Source: Mustelus asterias
Taxonomy: Eukaryota
Length of the DNA stretch: 64,000 nt
Assembly: GCF_964213995.1 (NCBI RefSeq)
Contig: NC_135811.1
Location: 84,258,001 to 84,322,000 of the forward strand
Direction: 5' to 3'
In this document: positions 39,643 to 50,630 of the stretch, piece after piece
Layout: every line of letters begins with the position of its first letter
Numbering within the stretch: position 1 is the first letter of the stretch
Notes under the pieces: generated by a model
Database searches by the model: none
The model's input: only the letters and a program-made list of their open reading frames with translations
What the model was told of the DNA's origin: nothing
Program-made: the position numbers and the translations under genes

Positions 39643-40545
39643 TATGATTCCTGGGATAGCAGGTCTGTCATATAAGGAGAGACTAAGTCGGTTAGGATTA
39701 TATTCACTGGAGTTCAGAAGAGTGAGAGGGGATCTCATTGAAACTAATATAATTCTGACAGGATTAGACAGGGTAGATTCAGAAAGAATGTTCCCAATGG
39801 GGGGGAGTCCAGAACTAGGGGTCATCGTTTGAGGGTAAAGGGTAAACTTATATAATTCGAACAGGGTTAGACAGGGTAGATTCAGAAAGAATGTTCCCAT
39901 TAGGTGGGAAGGCAAATGGTATGTTGACCTTCATAGCAAGAGGATTTGAGTATAGGAATATAAATGTTTTACTGTAATTATATAGGATGTTGGTCAGGTC
40001 ACACCTGGAGTATTGTGTGCAGTTTTGGTGCCCTTATCTGAGGAAGGGTGCCCTTGCTATAGAGGGAGTGCAGCACAGGTTTATCAGGTTGATTCCTGGG
40101 ATGCAGGTCTGTCGTATGAGGAGAAACTAAGTCAGTTAGGATTATCTTCACTGAATTTAGAAGAGTGAGAGGGGATCTCATGGAAACTTATGACATTCTA
40201 ACAGGGTTAGACAGGGTAGATTCAGAAAGAATGTTCCCAATGGTGGGGGAGTCCAGAACTAGGAGTCATAGTTTGAGGATAAGAGGTAAACCGTTTAGGA
40301 CAGAGACTTCTTCACCCAGAGGGTGGTGAATGTGTGGAATTCACTACCATAGAAAGTAGTTGAGGCCACAACATTGGTGATTTCAGGAAGAAATTAAATA
40401 CAGCTCTTGGGGCGAAAGGGATCAAGAGATATGAGGGGAAGGGGGGAATCAGGATATTGAATTTGATCAGCCATGATTAAAATGAATGGTGGAGCAGGCT
40501 CGAAGGGCCGAATGGCCAACTCCTGCTTCTATTTACTATGTTTGC
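39643..40545 (+). mobile_element. CR1 3' fragment with reiterated 5' segments, inserted in the Gypsy protease
   Basis: MIPGIAGLSYKERLSRLGLYSLEF block present twice; GACAGGGTAGATTCAGAAAGAATGTTCCCA present three times. Confidence 0.88.
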
Positions 40546-41059
40546 ATGATAAGCAGAATGGAAGTTAAAATTGAACTAAATGGACAGGCTGCTAAGCTAC
40601 CACTGCTTGTAGTGAAAGGCAACTACCCAATTTTGATGAGATGATCCAGTTAAACTGGGCAGAAGTACACAGCATTGCAACAGACGAAACTGGTCTGACA
40701 GCTGTTTTGTTAAAAAAAAATGCTGTTTTCAAGCGCGATTTGGGAAGCTTGAAGAGACTTACCGTAAAATTGAATATCAAAGCTGATCCTAAATCAAAAT
40801 TTCTGAAGGGCAGATCATCTGCCATACAACAAACATCAAAGCCAACTGGAGCACCTCGTCAAGTATCTATTAACTGAGACCCTTGCTCCAGTTAATGGAC
40901 AGAGACAAAAAACTTTGGGTGCAATCTTACGACAAGAATTCTAAGTGTCAAACGAGTGAGAAAACAAGAGTTTCAGACCTGTATTTTGGGCGAGTTTGGA
41001 AATGCAATCTTATGACACTCTTGTCAATTTTTTGGACGAAAGTGCGATTCTTTTTTATT

Positions 41060-41348
41060 GGTGTCGCAAATAGGCTTATAATAACACTGCAATTAAGTGA
41101 CTGAAAATCCCCCATTCGCCACACTCTGACGCCTCCGGTGCCTCGGGTACACTGGGGGAGAATTTAGCATGGCCAATCCACCTAACCAGCACGTCTTTTA
41201 GACTGTGAGAGGAAACCGGAGCACCCGGACGAAACTCACGCAGACACAGGAAGAATGTGCAAACTCCACACAGACAGTGACCCAAGCCGGGAATCGAACC
41301 CAGGTCCTGGTGCTGTGAGGCAGCAGTGCTAACCACTGTGCCACCATG
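41060..41348 (-). mobile_element. HE1-like SINE (tail B)
   Basis: Head and tail motifs on minus strand. Confidence 0.88.
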
Positions 41349-43140
41349 CCAGTTGGGGGGCGGGTGGGGGGAGCGGGGTGGGCTTGGATGGAGCCTAAGC
41401 GTACCACTGATGCCGGCTGCGACTGCATAGGCATCCTGATCTCCCAGTGAACTGGGAGATCACCTATCACCCTGACCCCACTGACCCCCATGGACATCAC
41501 CCCGCCCCATCGTCATATAGCCCCACCCCTGGGGCAACACAGGTCGCCAGCATCGTGACCCCCTGATGAGTCATGACCCCTGCTGATCACCCCCGCTTGC
41601 ATAACCCCCTGCAAAACACCCCCCCTTGCATACCCCAAACTAATCACCCCCTTGCATACCCCCAACCGATCACCCCCCTTGTATAAGCCCTTGTTGATCA
41701 ACCCTTGTCTGCAGGACTCCCCCCTTGCCTTCCTCCCCCCCCCCCCCCCAACCTCTGCTGAGCTCCCCACTTTCTCCCCCTGTCATAGCCTCACCCCACT
41801 CAGGCACCTCCCCCTTGGCACTGCCCCTAGCACAGTTATGGCGTCTGGTGCATAGTGTTAGGGTGCCTGGTGGGTAGTACTGGGGTGCCTGCTAGGCACT
41901 GCCAGGCTGGCACTGCCCCATGGGCACTGCCTGGCCATGCCCCAGACCAGGTGGGAGCTGCAATAGCCTCAGATTCCCCTGGTGAAGTCATGAGTTCTGG
42001 TCTCTGCTGGTGGAGACCAACTCTGATCCTCGCAGGCTCAACATTCATTCATATTAAATCAGCTTTGCACCCATTTTCGGGGTAAAGAAGTTCCCTTCAG
42101 CAAAACGGTGCTGGGAACTTTGCGTGCAGCGAGAAATTGTGAGCAAACCCAACTTTCCATTCCACACGCAATCTTACCGGCTCACCGCACCGATCGACCG
42201 CAATTCCTTCTAATCTGACAACAACTGCACACATACTTTGATCTGCTGAAACCAAAAAAACATGACAGGTTGTGCAAGATCAACAGCACTACCAAGTGAA
42301 GAGAAGAGCTCAAATATCAAAGCTGAGAATTTTCTGTTCTGGACAAGAGGTATGAGCCTGTGATAATGCTTTTGGAGCTAAATGGGTTCTTGTTACTGTG
42401 ATTGCTTAAACATGACCTATTTCGTACACTGTCCAAACAGTGAATGATCTCAGCTGGCGGAGACATGTTGAGCAACTGTTGCCAAGTCGAGCACCATCCG
42501 AGGATACACCGCTTCTTGAGGAGCCTGATTTCTCCGATTCCAACCATCTCCAAGTCAAGGAATGCTGATTCCAGTCTCGCCTCCTCAGTCAAGCTTGACT
42601 GACATTAAAGGCATCTCACCTTCATTAGACGCAACTCCAGATGCTGTTACATGTCCTAACTTGTCATTAGTCTCCAATTAATATTCTGTAAAGCACCAAG
42701 AAGTCTACCATAACCCACACCAGGAGAGAAGACCTCCTGAGCATCTGAACTATAATTAAAACGAACCCATGTGTTTTTTTTGGGCAGAATAATCCCCAGG
42801 GTTCAGCCGGGAATAGAGACAGTTTACTCTCCCCTTTTTCAGAAAATGTCTTCTTAAACTGACATTTCTAATAAAGGTGGGGCGGGGGGGACTGACATTG
42901 CTAATAAAGGGGGGTGTGGAGGGGATATGTTATGTACTGTTTGTCGTGTTTACTACCTTGCTGTAATTTATAAGCCACAGCGTTATGGAATCAGAGTTCA
43001 CGTTGATTGTTAATTCAGTTGCTGATTAATCCTGGAAGTTGTCGACAGCCCCAGTATTAATGTGCAACACTGTTGGATTGTTTAGCATCTTTGGAGACCT
43101 CAGCACCCTCTGTGACACACACACATATCTTAAAAGATGT

Positions 43141-44203
43141 TGTTGTGGCTCAGGTTAGAAGCTCCAAAGTATTTTATGGAGACTGCCCGAACCAGTAGTT
43201 AGCACTGCAGCCTCACAGCACCAGCGATTCTGACCTTGGGTCGCTGTCTGTGTGAAGTTTGCACATTCTCCCCGTGTCTGCGTGGGTTTCCTCCGGGTGC
43301 TCCGGTTTCTCTCCTCAGTCCAAAGATGTTACGTTGATTGGCCTTGCTAAATTGACCCTAGTGTCAGGGGGATTAGCAGGGTAAATATGTGGTGTTACGG
43401 GGATAGGGGCCGGGGTGGGATTGTGGTCGGTGCAGACTTGATGGGCTGAATGGCCGCCTCCTGCACTGTAGGGTTTCTATGATTCTATCTTGAATTTGGC
43501 TCGGATGAGCGTGATATGTTTCACCTTGGGTATGATTCAACAACCCACGAAAGAGCTTTTATCAAACAAAGTCTATTTAAGAATATAGTTAACATGTATA
43601 GTAAGAAAATTACCAATAGCTTTTATCAATTGCAAACAAAAAAAACAGAAAGAAAACAACAATAATGTATTAACCCTTAATTGAATGTTAAAGCTGTTCC
43701 AACAAACCAAAACCTTTCTTAAACAAAACCCTTTCAACAGGTTTAACACAGCATAGATTAAAATCTCACTTGACTGGAATTGAGTCTTTTCGAAAGCTAC
43801 ACTTTCTTTCCGGAAGGCAAAATGTTGCCTCGAGATAACCAGCAGAATTTCCAAATAAAACAGGGAGAGAGAGAGAGAGAGACTTCAGCTTCTTTCTTGC
43901 TTGATGCCCCTGCTAAAACTAAATCTAATCTGCAGACTCGGGATTCTCCAAACTGAAACCTTAAACTCACTGAAAAGAAAATAATCTGTCCAAAAACACA
44001 TGACCTTTACTCCTAACAATGCAGGATCGTAAAACTAATTCCAGAGTAAACATAAACAACCCCCACTTAAGCTATTGAAGTAGCAATAAAAGGACTCATC
44101 ATAGTCAGCCCAGCAACAATAATGACATCACTGAAGCTGTGAGAGCTGCAAAAATCATGTTTTTTTAAAAAAAAACCTTTCTTAAAGGGACACTAACGTC
44201 ACA
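43141..44203 (-). mobile_element. Probable solo LTR containing an HE1 SINE (43195-43488, +)
   Basis: TG...CA termini (TGTTGTGG...GTCACA); near-TSD ATGT/ATAT; internal (GA)n. Confidence 0.5.
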
Positions 44204-44552
44204 ATATATATACTAGTCTCAGGATACTTCCTGATTTCTTAATGCTTTCCAGTTTACTGACAAACTGAGCATCATTGACAGGCGCAATAGTGTTGAAGAT
44301 GGTGGTGGAGGAATGGTTCATGACTCACTCTGACATGCAATTCAGCCTTGCTCAATTGACAACATTCTCATCTTTCTTTGTCAAAAATCTTTGCTCTTAA
44401 GGCCCCCATCAGGATTTGAACCCATAACATCAATTAACCGAGGGAATACTGCATTCTCAGGGAATCATCATCAGAAACTTCATTATCCTTCCATCTACTT
44501 CAGATAATAGACATACAGCAAATCAAATCCGTTAGGGATGGGGTACCAACAA

Positions 44553-45080
44553 CTGGTGATGGCCTAGTGATATTATCCCCATGAACTATCAGAATAGGAA
44601 GGTTTGGTGTGGCACAGTGGTTAGCACTGCTGCCTCAATGCCAGGGACCTGGGTTCGATTCCCAGCTTGGGTCACTGAATGTGCGGCGTCTGTACGTTCT
44701 CCCCGTGTCTGCGTATGTTTCCTCCCACAGTCCGAAAGACGTGTTGGTCCCGTGCATTGGCCTTGCTAAATTCTCAACTACTGTTCTGGGAAACTGGGTT
44801 TGATTCCCGCCACGGCAGGTGGTGGATTTTAAATTCAGTAGAAAGTATCTGGAATTAAGAATCTACTAAAGACCATGAAACCACTGTCAATTGTCGGAAA
44901 AACCTATCTGGTTCACTAATGGCCTTTAGGAAAGGAAATCTGCCATCCTTACCTGGTCTGGCCTACATGTGACTCCAGAGCCACAGCAATGTGGTTGACT
45001 CTCAGCTGCCCTCAGGCAACTAAGGATGGGCAATAAATGCTGGCCAGCCAGCGACGCCCATGTCCCATGAATAATAATTT
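44553..45080 (+). mobile_element. tRNA-head SINE with CR1-type tail, interrupted by a partial HE1 copy (44579-44775)
   Basis: GGCCTAGTGATATTATC head...CTGGGTTTGATTCCCGCCACGG...GCAATAAATGCTGGCC tail; relatives at 51298-51385(+) and 61145-61688(-). Confidence 0.7.
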
Positions 45081-45284
45081 TTTGCTGAAAGCTGAAGAGA
45101 CCAAACCTTGAGAAGCAGGTTGTGCTCCAAACGTCACATGTGAAGCAGTGTTATCAGGTTATTGCTTTTGGTGTTGGTGTCTGTTGCCAAGTTGCTGTAG
45201 CCACCGATCGTCATGGCAATGTACATTGGCACACAGGTGACGTTGACAGTTTCCTCTGTCATCAGCTAATGTCAGGATAGTTTA

Positions 45285-45578
45285 TTTATTTGTTAGTGTT
45301 AAAAGTAGGCTTACGTTAACACTGCAATGAAGTTACTGTGAAAAACCCGTGGTTGCCACACTCCGGCACCTGTTCGGATACACTGAGGGAGAATTTAGCA
45401 TGACCAATGCACCTAACCAGCATGTCTTTCAGACTGTGGGAGGAAACTGGAGCACACAGAGGAACCACACGCAGACCCGGGGAGAATGTGCAGACTCTGC
45501 ACAGACAGTGACCCAAGCTGGGAATTGAACCCAGGTCCCTGGTGCTGTGAGGCAGCAGTGCTAACCACTTTGCTGCCC
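45285..45578 (-). mobile_element. HE1-like SINE (tail B)
   Basis: Head and tail motifs on minus strand. Confidence 0.88.
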
Positions 45579-46346
45579 CAAACATTCCTATTCTGATAGT
45601 TCATGGAGTGATGTGAATTCTGTGGAATTATTATTTTTAAAAAGGCATCTTGGTGTTCTCTGGCCCCTGATCTTTCAAATTTCAAAGAAGTAAATGAACT
45701 GGTCATGACATTGCTGTGTGTGGGAAGCTGCTGCCACAGAATCGCGTGTCGCATTATCAACATAACAGCTGTGCATTTAAGAGTCATTCCTCGCTTTGAG
45801 ACATTTTGATGTAATAGTGTACTATATAAGTATAAGTTTTACTACAAAGACCTGAGCTAGTACATGGAGCAGGGCTATTTATGTCTCTTGGCTTTCAGAG
45901 TGCGCTGTTTATCCGAATTATGCTCAAATATATGTGGCAGATACTGAAAGAGATTCTTTTTACAGAGATCAGTTGTTATCTTCCATTGTCGGGAAAGTTA
46001 GAGAATTCAGTTTTTCTCAGTTCACTTTTCAGTGGAGTGCAGCTTTCCCAGGCTAAGAGTGCGCCCAGGGAAATTTCACAAGTCAATCCCTTTAACATCA
46101 TTACCTCATTATCTGGATAGTAACCACAGTGCGAAGGTGCACTGTTCAAACGATGTCCTCAAAGATCTCATCATCCTTCATGGGATTCCTGTTACAGACT
46201 ATCCATGCATTTTGAGCTTAGGGGGAAATAAGAATATGAAACATCTCAGTGCGCTAGTTCACATAGAGCCTATGCTTGTTCTGACTGGAATGACCCACAT
46301 AGTTTCCTTTGGATATAGTATTTTTGCTGTTGGCTCTATACTCCTG

Positions 46347-46591
46347 TGATGCACTATCAATAAGGCGAAAGACTACCGATATGCCAATATAAGTGTAGGC
46401 TTTTATTCACAACAGAATCAGGAGCAGATCCCAACAATTAACCGACCTGGACTGAACAAGGGGGAGGAGACAGCCACCTTTATACTAGGTGCTGAGGGGA
46501 GGAACCAAACTGGAAGGGGATGTGTCCAGCTATGACAAACACACACAATGGTGGTCCATATAGGACAAAGGCACAACTGAGGTCCACCACA
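46347..46591 (-). repeat. 3' LTR of the intact Gypsy
   Basis: Direct repeat of 50631-50875, preceded on minus strand by PPT AAAAGGAAGGGGTGAA. Confidence 0.96.
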
Positions 46592-46640
46592 TTCACCCCT
46601 TCCTTTTAAAAAACAACACGGGGGTGAAGCGGAAACAATA

Positions 46641-49600
46641 TCACAAGTCCAGACGAACCGGTGGCTTGATCCGTCGTCGCGATCGTCGTAGTGCAGGTCG
46701 CAGAGTCGTCCGAGCAGGGAGCGATGTCGGCCCAGGCTCCGTACAGTGAGCGTCGAGAGAAGGCGCTGGGTGGTGTGAAGCGGACCGATCCGTCGTCCCG
46801 TCCAGTCGTCGGGTACTGCGTGGCGACGGCTCCGGCGACTCAAGCGAGCTGTACATAGGGGCGAGAGGAATGGGCTGTGGCCCTGGTGGCGTATGGGGAA
46901 CAGTGGGAACCGGAGCTGGGGGGTGGGGGGCTGCAACAGGCTCTGGGCACACTACATTGGGGACAGGGACTGAGGGAGGAAGAGGCGTAGCAGTCTCCGA
47001 ATGGACGACACCAGGGACCGTGGGGCGGAAGGACGTGGTGACCTCCGGGGCACCCGCGGGTGCCAAGTCACGGACAGAAACCGTGTCCTCCCGCCCATCA
47101 GGGTACGCTACATAAGCATATTGGGGATTAGCATGGAGCAGTTGGACCTCCTCGACCAAGGGATCTGCCTTATGGGTCCGGACATGCTTCCGAAGCAGGA
47201 CGGGTCCCGGGGACATCAGCCAATCCGGGAGCGAAGTACCCGAGGAGGACTTCCTGGGAAATGAAAACATCCGCTCGTGAGGGGTCGTATTGGTCGCTGT
47301 GCACAAGAGTGACCTAATGGAATGTAATGCGTCCGGAAGGACGTCTTGCCAACGGCTGACTGGAAGGCCCCTAGACCGTAACGCTAATAGAACGGCCTTC
47401 CAGACGGTTGCGTTCTCCCGCTCTACTTGACCATTGCCCCTGGGGTTATAGCTAGTGGTGCGGCTGGAGGCAACGCCTTTGGCGAGCAGGTACTGCCTCA
47501 GCTCATCACTCATGAAAGAGGACCCACGGTCGCTATGAATATAGGCTGGGAAGCCGAACAGGGTGAAGAGCTTGTTCAGGGTCCGAATCACTGTAGCCGT
47601 GGTCATGTCCGAGCAGGGGAAGGCAAAAGGGAAACGTGAGTATTCGTCAATGATATTCAGGAAATAAACATTGCGGTTAGAGGAGGGGAGGGGGCCTTTA
47701 AAATCAACGCTAAGGCGCTCGAACGCGCGAGTGGCCTTCACAAGGTGCGCCCTACCTGGCCGGTAGAACTGCGGTTTGCACTCAGCGCAGACCCTGCATT
47801 GCCTGGTAATCGTCCGGACTTCCTCAAGGGAGAAGGGCAGGTTACGGGACTTGACAAAATGGAAAAATCTGGTGACACCCGGGTGACAGAGGTCGTTATG
47901 GAGGGACTGTAGCTGGTCTAGTTGGGCACTGGCACATGATCCACGGGACAGGGCGTCTGGGGGCTCATTGAGCTTCCCAGGCCGGTACATGATGTCATAT
48001 CTGTAGGTGGAGAGCTCAATCCTCCACCGCAAGATCTTGTCATTCTTAATCTTGCCCTTTTGCCTGGTGTTAAACAGGAAGGCAACTGACCGCTGGTCCG
48101 TAATTAAGGTGAATCGTTGGCCCGCGAGATAATGGCGCCAGTGCCGGACGGCTTCCACGATGGCCTGGGCCTCCTTCTCGACCGAGGAGTGTCGAATCTC
48201 AGGGCCTTGTAAGGTCCGGGAAAAGAAGGCCACCGGACGGCCCCTCTGGTTAAGGGTGGCAGCTAGGGCAAAGTCAGACGCATCACTTTCCACTTGGAAT
48301 GGGATGGATTCGTCCACAGCGTGCATCGCGGCCTTCGCGATGTCCGCTTTGATGTCATCGAAGGCCCGACAGGCCTCCTCCGCCAGGGGAAAAGAGGTCG
48401 ATTTTAGGAGCGGACGGGCTTTATCTGCGTAACGGGGAACCCACTGGGCATAATAGGAGAAGAAGCCCAGGCATCTCCTCAGTGCTTTGAGGGTAGTAGG
48501 GAGGGGAAGCTGCATAAGGGGACGCATACGGGCTGGGTCGGGGCCAAGGACACCATTTTCTATCACGTACCCAAGGATGGCGAGGCGGCGTGTCCGGAAA
48601 ACACACTTCGCCTCATTGTATGTGAGGTTCAGGAGAGTGGCCGTACGAAGGAATTTTTGTAGGTTGGCATCATGGTCCTGCAGGTCATGGCCGCAGATGG
48701 TGACGTTATCCAGATACGGGAAAGTGGCCCGTAGTCCGTGCTGGTCCACCATTTGATCCATGGCCCGTTGGAAGACTGAGACCCCATTGGTGACACCAAA
48801 GGGGACTCGGAGGAACTGGTAGAGGCGGCCATCCGCCTCAAAGGCAGTGTATGGGCGATCCTCCGAGCGGATAGGGAGCTGGTGGTAAGCCGATTTCAAA
48901 TCGATCGTTGAAAAAACCCTATAGTGCGCGATGTGGTTGACTATGTCCGCGATACGGGGAAGAGGATATGCATCTAGTTGGGTATACCTGTTTATGGTCT
49001 GGCTGTAGTCAATCACCATGCGGTGTTTCTCCCCCGATTTAACTACGACCACTTGCGCCCTCCAGGGGCTGGTGCTGGCCTGGATAATCCCTTCCTGGAG
49101 CAAACGTTGTACCTCGGACCGAATGAAGGCCCGGTCATCCGCACTATAGCGCCTACTCTTGGTGGCTATAGGCCTACAATCCGGGGTGAGGTTATCAAAT
49201 AACGGGGGGGGGGTGATCTTGAGGGTCGAGAGACTGCAGGTGGTGCGCGAGGGGCGCTGCCGTGACGGCGCCTTGCAGACGGAGAGCGGGGGATAAGGGC
49301 CATCATACTGCAGGGTGACGCTCCTATGATGGCTGAGGAAATCTAACCCCAGCAGTACAGCTGCGCAGAGTCGCGGCAGCACGAGGAGCCGAAAACGCTC
49401 GTAGACTGTGCCCTGTACCGTCAGCGTCACCAAGCAGCACCCGAGGACCTCCACTGAGTGAGAATTCGAGGCCATGGAGATGGTCTGGCTCCAGGGTTGC
49501 ACGGGAAGGGCATATTGACGCACTGTGCGAGGGTGTATAAAACTTTCCGTGCTCCCACAGTCAAACAGGCAGTTTTCTGCATAACCATTTACCTTGATCT

Positions 49601-50606
49601 CCATTATGGACTTGGAGAGTTGATGTGGCTGCGACTGGTCCAGGCAAATCGATGCCACTGTTGAGTTAAAGAAGAATCCATCTTCGTCGCCGTCTGATGA
49701 CGTCACGGATGAAGCTTCCTGCTCAGCTTGCCTTGATGCCAGTCTCAAAGATGGCGACTCCCGCACTTCCGGTGACCGCATCAAAGATGGCGATTCCCGC
49801 ACTTCCGGTGACCGCATCCAAGATGGCGATTCGCGCGCAGCCGCCGCCTGCATCAAAGATGGCCGCGCCCTCGGAGCACACATGGCTCCACGAGTCTTCA
49901 GAAGCGGCTTTGCTCTGCAGACTTTGACAAAGTGGCCTAGCTTACCGCATCCGGAGCAAATCGCGTCCTTTGCCGGGCAGTGACGCCGAGGGTGCTTAGG
50001 GAGGCCACAAAAGTAACATTTGGGCCCTGCTGGAGCAGCCGTCGCAGTGGAGCCGTCGGTGGAACGGGATCCAAGGTAAGACCCGAGATTATGGGAGGCT
50101 GCTTCTAACGTTTCAGCCATCGTGGCCGTTTTCCGGAGGTCTTGGTCATCTTGTTCCAGCAGACGCTGCTGGATGTATGTAGACTCAATGCCCGCAACGT
50201 AGGCGTCGCGGATCAGATCCTCCGTGTTCTGAGCTGCTGAAACAGCCTTACAGTCGCATGCTCGGGCGAGGACTCGCAGGGCGCGCAGAAATTGGGCGCA
50301 CGATTCTCCTGGCTGCTGTTTGCGGGTAGTTAGGAGGTGTCTGGCGTAAACCACGTTAGGGCTCTTTCGGAACTGCCCTTTTAGGAGTTCGATAGCGTCC
50401 GCGTAAGTAGCAGCGTCCCGGAAGATTCCATAGACAGTTTCGCTTACCCGGGCGCGGAGCACGTGGAGTTTAGCAGCGTCGGTGTCGATGGCCGTAGCGG
50501 TGTCGACGAATGCTTCGAAGCAGTCCAACCAATGATCAAATTTATCAGAGGCTCCAACCTCTTGAGGGTCTAAAGCTAACTTGTCGGGTTTTAGAAACTG
50601 CTCCAT
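46641..50606 (-). CDS. Gag-Pol polyprotein, 1321 aa (Gag with two CCHC knuckles, protease, RT, RNase H, integrase)
   Basis: CYFCGLPKHPRRHC and CSGCGKLGHFVKVC; LFDCGS; IDLKSAYHQL, PFGV, YLDN; SDAS, EKEA, ITDQ, DALSR; HHCC; SVDF, SDRG, QVER; Pro-rich tail ending LRRSRRRIKPPVRLDL. Confidence 0.96.
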   Translation of the reverse strand: MEQFLKPDKLALDPQEVGASDKFDHWLDCFEAFVDTATAIDTDAAKLHVLRARVSETVYGIFRDAATYADAIELLKGQFRKSPNVVYARHLLTTRKQQPGESCAQFLRALRVLARACDCKAVSAAQNTEDLIRDAYVAGIESTYIQQRLLEQDDQDLRKTATMAETLEAASHNLGSYLGSRSTDGSTATAAPAGPKCYFCGLPKHPRRHCPAKDAICSGCGKLGHFVKVCRAKPLLKTRGAMCAPRARPSLMQAAAARESPSWMRSPEVRESPSLMRSPEVRESPSLRLASRQAEQEASSVTSSDGDEDGFFFNSTVASICLDQSQPHQLSKSIMEIKVNGYAENCLFDCGSTESFIHPRTVRQYALPVQPWSQTISMASNSHSVEVLGCCLVTLTVQGTVYERFRLLVLPRLCAAVLLGLDFLSHHRSVTLQYDGPYPPLSVCKAPSRQRPSRTTCSLSTLKITPPPLFDNLTPDCRPIATKSRRYSADDRAFIRSEVQRLLQEGIIQASTSPWRAQVVVVKSGEKHRMVIDYSQTINRYTQLDAYPLPRIADIVNHIAHYRVFSTIDLKSAYHQLPIRSEDRPYTAFEADGRLYQFLRVPFGVTNGVSVFQRAMDQMVDQHGLRATFPYLDNVTICGHDLQDHDANLQKFLRTATLLNLTYNEAKCVFRTRRLAILGYVIENGVLGPDPARMRPLMQLPLPTTLKALRRCLGFFSYYAQWVPRYADKARPLLKSTSFPLAEEACRAFDDIKADIAKAAMHAVDESIPFQVESDASDFALAATLNQRGRPVAFFSRTLQGPEIRHSSVEKEAQAIVEAVRHWRHYLAGQRFTLITDQRSVAFLFNTRQKGKIKNDKILRWRIELSTYRYDIMYRPGKLNEPPDALSRGSCASAQLDQLQSLHNDLCHPGVTRFFHFVKSRNLPFSLEEVRTITRQCRVCAECKPQFYRPGRAHLVKATRAFERLSVDFKGPLPSSNRNVYFLNIIDEYSRFPFAFPCSDMTTATVIRTLNKLFTLFGFPAYIHSDRGSSFMSDELRQYLLAKGVASSRTTSYNPRGNGQVERENATVWKAVLLALRSRGLPVSRWQDVLPDALHSIRSLLCTATNTTPHERMFSFPRKSSSGTSLPDWLMSPGPVLLRKHVRTHKADPLVEEVQLLHANPQYAYVAYPDGREDTVSVRDLAPAGAPEVTTSFRPTVPGVVHSETATPLPPSVPVPNVVCPEPVAAPHPPAPVPTVPHTPPGPQPIPLAPMYSSLESPEPSPRSTRRLDGTTDRSASHHPAPSLDAHCTEPGPTSLPARTTLRPALRRSRRRIKPPVRLDL
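49745..49870. repeat. In-frame 36-bp tandem repeat (about 3.5 units) in the Gag-protease linker
   Basis: Units start at 49745, 49781, 49817 and 49853; encodes ESPS(L/W)MRSPEVR. Confidence 0.9.
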
Positions 50607-50630
50607 ACTAGTAACTGTTGTGAATAAAAT

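Larger units (their letters stand above)
38190..43069 (+). mobile_element. Old fragmented Ty3/Gypsy (Mag-like) element with nested CR1, SINE and MITE-like insertions
   Basis: Gag WSSYTERFAFFVLANGI...HFSPKPLV..E.FRFH; zinc knuckle CHQCGKKGH; protease ELDTGPAICL...LKTYT, split by CR1 and resuming KLPLLVVKG; integrase tail WRRHVEQL near 42450; G-rich PPT then 3' LTR 42928-43069 (TGTTA...CAACA); 5' LTR remnant about 38190-38249. Confidence 0.75.
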
